Below are positions 23,340-34,689 of a DNA stretch of 64,000 bases, piece by piece. Positions within the stretch are counted from its first letter, which is position 1, and each line of letters opens with the position of its first letter. The notes beneath the pieces are model-generated. The model was not told the origin of the DNA and made no database searches. It saw only the letters and a program-made list of their open reading frames with translations. The translations under genes and the position numbers were made by a program. Source of the DNA: Moniliella sp. 'wahieum' (Eukaryota); assembly GCA_003971905.1 (NCBI GenBank), contig RSEE01000014.1, positions 620,001 to 684,000 of the forward strand. Reading direction: 5' to 3'.

Positions 23340-26300
23340 ATGGGCGGACTGATCACCCCTCGACCGGCCGGTCGACTAAGTCGGGTTCAACCAACACCAC
23401 GGGCCGCAACAACACAAAGTCCAAGTGGGCTGGCTGGGCCAACACAGGCTTCGCCAAGTCCATCAAAGTCTCCGATTGGCTGCCGGCTACGTCAATGCCG
23501 CCAGCAACAAGCTGGGCAGCGAACGCTTCTGGCCCAGCTCTGGTGACTATGTCGAGGAGATCGAGAAGTGTACTCGCATTCTCAATGGCTTTACCAAGCA
23601 GGGCTTCGTTCGTGAGGAAGAACAAGTCGTTGCTGATGACGACCCCGACGGCAAGGAGGTCGTTGAGGAGCAGACCATCGGTCCGGACGGTCAGCCCCTA
23701 ACAAAGGAGGAAGCTTCCCAGCTTCCCCCGAGCGAAACACGCACCCAAAAGATTACCAAGAAGATCAAGAAAGTCAAGATCATTCGCAAGGTTCGTCCTC
23801 TCCCACTCGCTCTCCTATTTCTGCCCATTAACTCCCCTCCCTCCCCTCCCCTCCCCTCCCAAAGATCCCTCCCCAAGTGATCCAGAAGGCATGTGGAATC
23901 GCCATCTACACGTCTATGCGGTCAGGTATGGCGCCATTTGGCGGTTCCGGCGGCTCCGGTATTGTGATGGCTCGTCTCCCCGACGGCTCCTGGTCCGGAC
24001 CTTCGTTCATCACGCCGCAGAATGTTACGGCGGGGTTCATGTTTGGGGTGGATATTTACGATGTGGTGCTGCTCATTATGTCCCCGACCGCTCTCGAGGG
24101 GTTTAAGACGCACAAGGTCACTCTTGGTGCCGAGACGGGAATTGCAGCTGGACCAGTAGGCACTGGTGCTTCCATGGACCTGAGTGTAAACGGAGTGGAC
24201 TGGGCCAACTCCAAAGGGCAAACTCCCGAGGAGAGAAGAAGAAAATTTCGAAGCCGCCTGCGCCTCTGTTTTCTTACCCGCAACCGCGGTTTTTACGCTG
24301 GTCTGGAGGGCATGGCCATGGTCTACCTCACACGTTTTGACGAGAACGAACGGGTGTACCACTGGCCGGGTATCAGTGGCCGCGACGTGTTGGATGGCCG
24401 GTGCGCAAGCCCGTTGAGGCTGGTTCGCTATACGAAGCACTGGCGGCAGCTGAGACGGGCCAAGCCCAGGCGACAGTGTCCGACTTGCGCTTGCCGAAGG
24501 AGCTCGACAATGTGTCTTTGGCCCAGTTGTCGCACCAGAGCAGCTTCTCCAAGACCAGTATGGCCGATATTGAGACGGGTTCAACCACCGATTCGGCCCA
24601 CGATGGCTCGTCTTCTATCAAGACCGGCTCTGAAGAGAGTCAAACTGAAATGGCGGTTCATTAGTCCTGGACGATGGTGAGCGTCTCCGTTTACCGCCTA
24701 CACCTGAGCAACTTGACTTTATGGCAGGCGGGCATTCAAGACGAGGAAGATGAGCGGTTGGAGGCGGCGCACAAGGAATACATCTGGTCCTTGCCCCCTC
24801 CCCCGCGTCATCCAGGGGCTTTGAAGCGGGCCGAGGCCATTTCTCGCACCAAGGCTGGACACCGCTTTGTTGCCCCTGCGCAGTTGCCTTCTGCGGGCTC
24901 GAATCGCTTTGTTGCTCCGCTTCCGCTGCTAGATGCAAAGGAGGCCCCGCTCCCTGCCTTGCAACGCTCCATTTCGCATGAGAGCACCGGGACCTTAAGC
25001 CTTCAGGCCTTGACTCTCCACCACATATGAGTCTAGCCCGCAGGGCATGCCCTCGTTCCAGGATACGAAGGCGCCTCTGCAGGAGGCAGAAGAACCAAAG
25101 GAGGTTGCCTCAAGCGATTCAATCACTGAAGCCATCGGAACCTGGCTTTGCTGCCGAACCGACTTCCGGCGATCACAATGGAAATGGGGTCGTTGCCAAG
25201 GTGGTTGAGCAAGCCAAGGCGGACCTTGGAACCGTCACTGGTGTTGCACCCACGCAGAAGGAAAACGCCATCAACGAGAGGAGGTCCTCACCTGAGTTCA
25301 TGGACCTTCCTCAAGAGGACTTCCCCCAGGCTGCGGTCCACCAGCGCGAAACCCAATCTGTGCCCCCACACTCTGAGGAGGTTGATCTCGCCAAGGTGGT
25401 GCCCCCAAGCGGGGACGCTGCATCTGCCCAAGATGTTAAGTGGAGAAAGCGGTATCTGTCACCGACAAAGTGCCAGGATGTCGACAACTGGGTTCGTGGC
25501 GGAGGAACAGGAGTCCACGCCTACTGCCGATTTGACGGAAAAGTCCCTACTCGTCCAGGAGAGGAGGAGCCGGTCCAAATCGCTCGTTCTGTTGGCGGCG
25601 CTGAGGGGCCGGGTATGGAGCACAGCACGGAGCAGACGGGAAGCGACGACCAGAAATCCTTGAGTATTGAAACGGATTCGCAAACGATTAAGAAATCGAG
25701 GCGCAAGACAGCAACCGAGTTGTTGCTAGACTCAATGTGGAACGGGCGCTCGGGGACTCCTGCGTCCGGCCTGGGACTGTTACTGGAGAAGGATCTGCCT
25801 CGACCCCCGTCGGACGATCATTTACCCGGGTCGCTTGTTTGCCAGAGAGGTGCCCGAAGAAGAGGAGCCAGAGGAACAGGAGCCGGAGGGAAAGGAACAG
25901 AGTGCGTCCAAAACAGCATCTATGGCCACCTCTGAGCAGAAGATTGCTGTGCCTGTGGCTCGGAGGGAAAGTTTACATCTCGGGACGGGTGATGACGACC
26001 TGGACGAAGAGGAGGTTGAGCCCCAAGGGCTAAGGGATGCATCCGAGTCGGGCCCCAGCACGAGACATAGTATGGACTCGTGGCGCCCTGATTACGATAC
26101 GGACGAGGCCGATGAAAATACGACGGATGCGTTTGCTATTCTTTCCCGCCGTTTCTCAAGCTTACCCCCCTCACGCAACCCACCGTCGGAGAACGTGGTG
26201 GAGGCAATGCAACAAGACCAGGAGCAAGCTCAGAGCCGGCAGGAAATTCCTTTTCTGCTGCGCCTACGCCTGCGCCTGTGACGGGGGCGGAAACAGACCA

Positions 26301-26736
26301 GTCCGACGTCGAAAGCAATGACGACTTTGCTGAGGCCGAATCGCACGAACCCTCTTCAAACCCAATCGCGGCCGTGGACACGATTCAAGAGGAGCCTAGA
26401 CTGGAGACCGGTGCTGAGCAACCGTCTCAGACACAGTCCCAGGCGCAACAGGAGGAACTGTCGGCTAAACCACACAGCCAAACGCCTGAGCTCCCTAGTT
26501 TGCCTTCAATCCAGACCCTTCCCACGTTCAATCGTCCTGTGCGCACCCGTCCATTGAGCATGATTGGCGCCCCCTTGAGCGATCCACCACACCTGGCACC
26601 CCCACCACCCCTTCCACTCCTGTCGCGGGAGCGCCTGTCCGCCCTCAACGCTCCGCTTCCCGCGCTTTCCGCCCTCCGCGGTCCTCTGGCGGCCCACCAG
26701 CATGGTGGAGCCCCTGGGTGCCCCGATGGACACTGA
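23340..26736 (+). CDS. SYLF/Ysc84 (Lsb3/Lsb4-like actin/lipid-binding) domain protein with long acidic low-complexity tail; introns ~23791-23864 and ~24677-24727
   Basis: ERFWP...EIEKCTRIL, ACGIAIYTSMRSGMAPFGGSGGSGIVMARLPDGSWSGPS, GVDIYDVVL, VTLGAETGIAAGPVG, RGFYAG...RFDENERVY. The 3' end is fragmented and approximate. Confidence 0.8.
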
Positions 26737-27805
26737 GGAGCAGTCGTCACGCTAAAGGCGCGGTGTATCGAGGCGGCTTGCGAGAAGTTGGTCACGTCGG
26801 AGTCTGCGCCCATCAACGTTATTGATGTTCTTAGGCCGGCTGCGCCAGCCACTTACTTGGGTTGTTGGCACCTTGTTACTCGGTATTCGAAATGCGCATC
26901 TGTTGGGCCCACCCAATCCTTAATCCACCCTCGTTTGTTATCGTGGCTTGATGCATCACTAGTCACTACATTACATTACCTTGACATGTTACAGCTATAG
27001 AATGCGGGTGTGTGAAATCGCGAGGCCGAGAGGTGTAACATGTAACATGCAACATGCAAAGGGCCAGGTGCAGGTGATCCGGGCCGTGGCCGGACCTGGC
27101 CTCGTGGACGCCGGCCTTGGGGGCAGTCGACCCTAGGCTGAGGCTCAGACCTGAAGATGGGGGGTAGTCGCAGGACGCACGCCAGAGAATATAGACATGC
27201 GGACTGGACGAGGGCGAAGGCGCCGGCATGGGGGCAGTGAGAAGCGGTCCAGTTCTGGGCTGATGTTCCTCACTGGCAGGATGCGTGCACGTGACCTGCG
27301 CGATGACCGGGGCTCCGCATCCCGCAAAATCAGACCACGACCGCCTGTCGCTCAGGCCCACGGGGCGCGTTCTCAGCCCACCACCCCTCTTCGGCACGGG
27401 TATCCTGATTTTCCCCAGTACCACCCTATCCAGTGTGACCCATGTGACCGCGGGTCAGCATGCCGCCGCCCCTGCCCAGGAAAAGCGCGGCCGGCGAAGA
27501 CTGCCATAGGGTGAGAACGCGGGGAAAGGCGCAGGGCTTTGCAGTGGTATAGCTCTAGCAACGCGATGCAGCTTACATATATTCTTTGTGACTTGTTCGG
27601 GGAATCCGCTGTATGTTCGATACAATGCGTCTTGCCGTATTGCCTCTCTCCTCTCTCTCTACTTTATCTGGCCTTAGGCCTTAGGCCCTTAGGCCTTAAG
27701 GCTTACGGAAATCCCCGCGATCATCCGCATCATCCGTCAAAAGATCACAGACATGTCGGAAGAGAGAAAAGGGCCTGACAGAACGCTTTTGAGCTCAGAG
27801 GCTGG

Positions 27806-27812
27806 TATAAAA
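27806..27812 (+). promoter_or_regulatory. TATA box upstream of NDUFA4/B12D gene
   Basis: tataaaa ~95 bp upstream of ATG 27902, followed by a pyrimidine-rich leader. Confidence 0.6.
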
Positions 27813-27901
27813 GCCCCCCCTCACTTGGGTGTACTCCTCCTTCCTCATCCATCACCACCTCCGCATCTTCTGCTCTTCCCTCTCGCTTTTTTTCGCACCC
27901 C

Positions 27902-28230
27902 ATGTCCCTCGTCGGCAACTTCTTCAAGCACTGGTACAGCCACGATGCCGTGCCCTTGCTGTGCTCATGGTGACCGTTGTAAGCGGAGCCAGCTTCGTGG
28001 CCTTCCGCGCTGCCCATGCGCCCGACGTTGTGTGGGACAAGAGGAACCCAGCGCCTTGGAACTCAATCAAGGATGATGAGGGTGTCAAGCTGGTTCAGAT
28101 CAACGTGCGTATTATAACTTCTCCACAACTTACATATTCCTCTTGTGCACTTCGAGGGCTAACTTTCTCTACTTTTTATCCCCCACAGCAAAAGTTCGAC
28201 CGCCAGTGGCATCGCGACCTGAGGGCTTAA
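27902..28230 (+). CDS. NDUFA4/MLRQ (B12D family) small respiratory-chain protein; intron 28105-28188
   Basis: MSLVGNFFKHWYSHDAVPL..., one TM segment, then PDVVWDKRNPAPWNSIK...KLVQIN|QKFDRQW; the PDV-W-K-NP-PW motif is typical of B12D/NDUFA4; one indel near 27960. Confidence 0.85.
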
Positions 28231-29179
28231 GCGTCTCGGCTACGTTAACTTATAGCGTCTCTCGCCCAAGCGCGTTTTCCCTTCTATATATGACACTTGC
28301 TTTTGGCTTCGCATCGCCTCTGGCTCATGCTACGCTCTGCACGACCCGAACATGTCGACCTTCTAGTTTGATTTGTGACTTTCAATAATGTACATCACGT
28401 TTGCAACCTCATCGACCTCATCAGAGATGTTTGCTCGGCCTGAGCAGCATTTCGGTAGCGCATTATATACAAAAAGTTCTTTGCTTGCCGATTCCGTAAT
28501 CCGTTATGAAGGCTCTGTAACCGTCAGCCTTCCATGTGGTTCGTTCCATTGTAAAGGGGTAGTAGGCCTTGTTCCCGGTATTCTAAGGACGAACGGAAAC
28601 AAGGGGGAGGTGTCGGCAGCGACTTAATCTGATTCGTTATTGCTGACATTGCAAAGAGTGCGCGGTGAAAGGAATAGAGAGAGAATATATATAGCTGTGT
28701 GTGGACAAAGCACACAGGAGGCAGGTGGCCGGCGCAACACCGCCCGCATCTCCATTGCTTCTCCCACGTATTGCAAATAGGAACAGAGGATTCCTGATCG
28801 CATGGCTGGCGTGTACCCGCGTGGGCAGACGAAGGAAGATGGGAGGAGGATTGCTGGCGCCTCAACCCTCAACAGCAGGGGCACCCCCCGCGCCAAAATG
28901 CATCAGGTCAAATAAAACCCTACTGCAAGCGCTGGTGTGCCGGCTGCGCGCGGGCTGCTGCCCAGAGCCTGGGTCGCCGGGTGGGGCAGCAGGCGGCAGC
29001 GTGGCTGGCGTCCTGCCCCGCTTTGCGCTCACGTGGCTGGCCACGGGGCAGCGTTCGGATCTGTGGGGGGCACCAGCACCGCAATCGCGCGCTGTGTTTG
29101 CGTCTCTGCGTCCTCCCCTCCTCCACCCCCTCTTTACCACCACCACTCCTCCTCCATTTCCCTTGTTCCCACCGCCAAC

Positions 29180-30064
29180 ATGTCCGTCGAGCTCTCCCCT
29201 TCCTCGACGCTGGCCTTTGAGCGTACGTATGACCCCTGCGGCGTGCCGGGCAGCCGCTCTGTGCCTTGGCTGTGCGCTCATATCTCTGACGGTGCTACTC
29301 TGCCGCCCTGGTCTCCAGGCCCGCTCACCCGCCTCATCCCCCTCGTCCTCACCCTCCGCAACACTAACACCCAGCCCATCGCCTTCAAGATCAAGACCAC
29401 TGCGCCCCCAGTACTCTGTTCGTCCCAGTCGCCCGCGTCGAGCCGGGCGAGTCGGTCGGGATCCACAGTACGCTCGCTTTCTGCCCACGGCGCCACAGGT
29501 AACTTACCCCTGCACCTCTTTCCTTTTCCCCAGTCGCTCTGCAGCCCTTCAAAGAGGACCCCCCCGCTGGAAGCCGGTGCAGGGATAAGTTCCTGGTGCA
29601 GAGCACCCTCCTTACGCCGGATCGGGAAACGATTGATATCCACGACATCTGGACCGCCCTGCCCAAGGAGGACATGTACGAGCAGAAACTTCGGGTAGCG
29701 TGGGTTGGCGATGCGCCTGCTCCCGCTTCGACGGCGCCTGCGGCTGCCCCCCTTGTGACGGGGGCGGGCGCGGCGACGCTGACCAGCCCAGTTATGGCTG
29801 CCTCCCCCGTGGTGCCATCGCCAATCAGCGCGGATGGCGTGCAAGCCGGGGAGCGTGCCTTGTCCGGTCTCTACCTCGGCTCCTGTGTCTGGCACACCGC
29901 CCAGTTCCACCCGCGATGCGTGGAAAAGCCATTGAGCGCAGAGTACGAAGCAAAGATCAAATCGCTACAAGCAAGTGGCGGTGGCTCAGGCGGAGCGGGC
30001 GTGGCAGGGAACGGTAGCGATGGTGGCGGGATTTGTGTTTGTGATGACCTATCTCTTTTTCTAG
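29180..30064 (+). CDS. VAP/Scs2-like MSP-domain ER membrane protein; intron 29223-29318
   Basis: MSVELSPSSTLAF(E)RPLT...LTLRNTNTQPIAFKIKTTAP..Y.VRP, DKFLVQS, EQKLRVAW; C-terminal TM anchor ...VAMVAGFVFVMTYLFF-stop. Confidence 0.88.
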
Positions 30065-30808
30065 AGGGTTTGCATGGTTCCTGTGATCTTGGTTTGGCGG
30101 GCGGGATGAGCGACACGAGCCCCCGGTCCGGCCTGCTGTGCTTCTTCGGCCATAAATGTTTGGTTACCCCAATGACCGGTACCCCACTGGTCGTACGCTT
30201 CGCCCAATCCAAGTGTGACATGGGGCAGCGGGTCTCCGGGCAGCAGAGGATATGTAGTGGCGTGGGTGCTCTCGTTGTCTATAGGGGATAAGATGCCATG
30301 AATTAAGTGAAGGCGACTAGGGGCTATACTGGTACGCGAGACTATAAGGGAGAGGAAGAAGATTGGTGCTTGCGGGTGAGGTGGACATGCTTTGAGGAAC
30401 GGGGGCCACGAAAAGTCAACACTGTAGTACAAAGGTGGGAAACGAAATGTCTTTGGAAAACAAGTAGGTGTGCGTGGGAATCGAAAATGCGCGTCGCCAT
30501 AAGTGGAAGCCCTTGGGAAAGAACGAAAAGAGACAAGTTGAGATTGTGGTGACGCAGAAGCAGGCGGGTATAAGAGGGAAGGTGGGCGCATATCGTGAAA
30601 AAAGAAAGCATAGGGAAGTCTTTTATAGTGCTTCATTCGGAATGATTGTGGACAAGGCAGTCTCGGCTCGTCATGCCTGCGCGAAGGGGTGTAAGTGCTG
30701 GTGATTGTGCCCTCGACGGCCATCAAGCGGGCAATAATAAGCTCATATCGCCCTCGACTGAATCCTGCTCCGACGTAATATTAAGGTCGGTGGAACGGGA
30801 GTCGGTAT

Positions 30809-33800
30809 TCAGGCATGAATGAGCCCGACTCGGATTCGACGGACCATAGACTGTATCGCCATCGCCATCGTTTTGGGTCTGGAGGTGGATGAGGGGAGTA
30901 CTAGACACCCGCTCATCCGCCTCCCATATCGAAGACCGTTCACTTCCCGGGAGCGATGCACTTCGTCAAGTGGTTGCATACTGTGGTTGTCATGAGAATC
31001 GGTCCCACCAACAGCATTCCTGTTGTAAGCTGCTAGGCGAGCAGCAATCTGGTGATTGACTAGGGCAAAACATGCGTTGTGAGGCGTCCAATCTGCCGTA
31101 TCCAGATCGGGAACCAATGTCTCGAGCTCGCCCCAATGTTTGCATACCCACCACCACGCTGGCCGGGGCTCTGGCTGACGCAAATCGAGTGCCTCTCGCT
31201 GGTTCGCCTCCCAGCTGGTCTTGTCCGCTTGCGTGAGGGGAATGATCGAGATTATGGGCTCCTCAATGGCGACGCCACTGATGTAGGGTACGAATTCCAG
31301 CACCAGTTGTGATCCCTCTATCCACTCCGCACCATGGGAGGGATTATCTCATGTTTCTCCTCCGCCTGGGACGAAGAAGGGACATGGTTCGGTGTTTGCT
31401 GCAAAGGTGAGTCCATCTTGTCGCTCAGCATCGGGTTCCTCCTCGTTCTTTCCCCCTCCCTTTTCTCTGCCTTCAGGCGCTGGAACGGACGAACGGACGA
31501 AGCGGAGAGGGGCAATGCGAACCCCCGAGTCAAAGAGCCAAGATGGGGGAGTACAGATGCTACTGTACCAGCAATCCTGGTCATCAGACCGGTTCTCGCA
31601 GCTGCCGGAGGGTCTGACCGGAAGTGCGTGTAGGCCGAGGGGACGCGCGAGGTGACGTTGGCGAAAATTGTGGGAAGGGGATTGAACCCGTCTCGTCTCC
31701 ACATCAGTATCGCCTATCTCCCAGTCCCCCTCTCCTGGATCCAAAGCACGCTCCGTGGCCACATGCTCAATCTCCTCCTGACATGTATCGTGGCGTGCAA
31801 ACGAGATGGTACGGGCTTGCATGGGGACGCCGAGCCATCGTACAGGCGAGGGCACAGTGTCAGTCTCTGGTTGTGCCCCCCTTGTGGTAAAATGTGTTGG
31901 CACGTTGCCCGTGGCGACAATGGAGGGGTTGTAGTCATCGCAGATGCCGGCACAGAGTGGCCGTCGTCTGCTTCGGGCAAAGAGACCAGATCATCGTTCC
32001 GGTTCGGACCACGGTCCAACTGAGGCGGAGAAGGAAGCGACCAACTTCCTCTCTGCTGCTGCCTTTCCCCCCTTGTATTGCACTCTGTCCGGCGTCCGCC
32101 ACAGGGCCGTTCACGTACTCCCTTCCATCCAGTTGGGAAGCCAACACACGTCGAATCTCAGCCAGGTTTCCGCCTTGCTTGTCTCCCGCCTCGTCCGGCG
32201 ATCGTCGACCATTACCTTGTCTGACCCCAACGTTCGGAATCGGTCAAACGCTCGGTTGGCCCAGATTCCCAGGTGGCAGTTCGAGAGAGGGAGAGGGAAG
32301 TGACGCCCAGGTCGGCTTGGGAGATGGTGCGGTGCAAACGCCGGGTGGAATGGCGAGCAGCCGAGAAAAAGGGAACGGTGAGACCGTGGACGCCAATGGA
32401 GCAAAGGAAAAAAGTAGGTGATGGGGATCATGGCGTTGGCCAGGTAGTCGTTGGGGTGGGTAGGGGGATGGGAATCTGGTTGGGCAAGAGGGTACGTCCC
32501 AGGGTGGAAATGAAAATTGCGCCGCAGCCCATGGGGCCAAAGTGTCCGACAAACAGAGCTTCGCGGAACGTCTTAATGTCGGGTACGTATTTCCACAGCG
32601 CAACAATGATCGGGATGCGCTTGAGGAGGATGGTGAGGATGGCAATCGCAAAGAGGCGTCTAATGTCGAGGGAGGTGTCGGGGTTAACCCAGGCACTGAA
32701 CGGCATCATGGCCCCTAGATAGACAAACTTTTGCCGTATTAAAACAAGAGGTCGACAATGGCAGAGAAATTGGACGATTCAGTTTGGGAAGAGAACCAGC
32801 CATCCCATGCAAACGCCGTGCCGGCCGCAAACGCCGCCAGCAAATCGTCGAGCCAGCAGCACATTGATTCCGACGGACAAGAGTGCCAAGGCAACATAGT
32901 GTACTACAAAGGACACGATCGACCAAGTGCACTGCTCGGACAGGCGAATCACCTTGCGTGCCACCCAGCCGACCACAGCTCCAATGACAGTGCCCATAAA
33001 ATCTCGTAAAGGATGATTTGGCAGACCTGTCTCCACAGCGCCTCCCGTCAGTACTGCTCATACACGCTCGTGTACAGATGGTATATATAGAGGGTTGTGA
33101 GAGGTGAACACGGAAGGCGCGGCTTACCCAACGACCTATTGCCCATCCGACGTTCTGCCGATTCATGGTCAGGTACAAAGCCAGGTAGAGAAAGGGGAAT
33201 GCGGCACCATCGTTGCAACCTGATTCACAGGTGAGCAAATGGCGAATATGAGCAGGGACGTGTTTTTCGGCCCAAGGGCCCCGACACCCGAGGCCGACAA
33301 GATGGGATCGGTCGGGGTGACGGCAGCGGCGACGACGAGAGAGGTGAGGGTTAATCCAGGCCAGTACCAATGCCCCACAACAGGCCGGTGATGAGCCAGC
33401 CCCAGAGCATGACGGGTCCGAGGAGGACAAGGAGTGACTTCCAGTGCCGAGCCATGTACTTTCGGAAGCTCGACCCCAGCGGCAAAGACAGAGAGGGCAA
33501 TGGTGACGCGCAAGACTTCGATGGTGATCTGGTCGGTCACGTAGGTGCCGGGCGGGGCCTGATGGGGATGCGCGGGCCCAATGGGCAGGGTCAAAGAGGT
33601 GAAGGCCATATGGACCGACAATGATGCCAAACACGGCCGCGAGGGGGGCCTCTCCAAAGTAGAGCTTCTCCTTGATAAAGAGGAGAAGCATGCAAAGAGG
33701 ACAACAAATGCGCCAAAGCCGGCGTAGATGCTGTGGGCGGGCGAGACCTGAAAGGGCTTGAAGTGGTGCGCCGTGACGGGTGTCGTGGGGTGGGGGTAGC

Positions 33801-33928
33801 GGAGGCGGAGGCAGAGGTGGAGGCGGGCGAGGCCGAGACGGCTGGCGAGGGAGACGCGGAAATGGTGGCGAGCTGGGCGGCGACAATGACGGTGGCGAGC
33901 AGCCGCATGCGGTGGCGAGCAGCCGCAT
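30809..33928 (-). CDS. NHA1: Nha1/Sod2-family Na+(K+)/H+ antiporter (CPA1); intron 33027-33127; 3' end approximate
   Basis: [85 protein letters not shown] across frames. Confidence 0.88.
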
Positions 33929-34689
33929 GGCGGTGGCGGAGGAGCAGGGCGATGAGGGCGCGGGCGAATGCGAGTGGGGCTGGACGCAGGCGGAGGGAGA
34001 GCCCAGACGCAGGGGGTGGGTGGGGGCCGTCGCCTGCTCGCACTGGCTGATGTGTGCCAATCAACTCAATTAACGTCTGCACCCTGTGCGGCTCCTCGGC
34101 TTCGGCCCTCGCCTCGCATCTTATCGGTCGGGATACACACCCACCCTCTGCTCCACACCTCGCAATCAATCGGTCGGGAGGAACCTGGCCACAGCCCATG
34201 CCATCTGCAGCTGTATTACCTAAAGCCACCGCCTCTCCTGCAGCTCAATACGCTTGGGCCGTGAACAGGAGACCGCTCCGACGAGCACCTATATCAGTCC
34301 TACGGTACTCCCCCCTCCGAGCAGAGAGCAGATGCAGACACCCATTTTATTGCTGCTTCCCTCGCCGCGCCCGGCGGCAGATAGCAGACTGATGGCATGC
34401 ACATTGTGGGGAGACCAAGCAGACCAAGGTCAACAAAGCAAGGGACGGAACCGATCGGCAAGGCAAGGCAAGACAAGGCAAGACGAGGGGATACAACGAC
34501 GCAGTAGGGGGAGGTGGGAGTCGGACAGCGACCGAAGGGGAGAGAAGAGAAAAAAAAAACAGAAGAAGACAGACACAGAAGGAAAGAAGGGACCCAACCC
34601 AACACAATCCACAGCCGAGTCAAGCTGGGGCGACAAGAAGGAGGCACAGAGAGCGCAGGGTTGCCCGCCACGCCCGCTTTGCCATTTGG

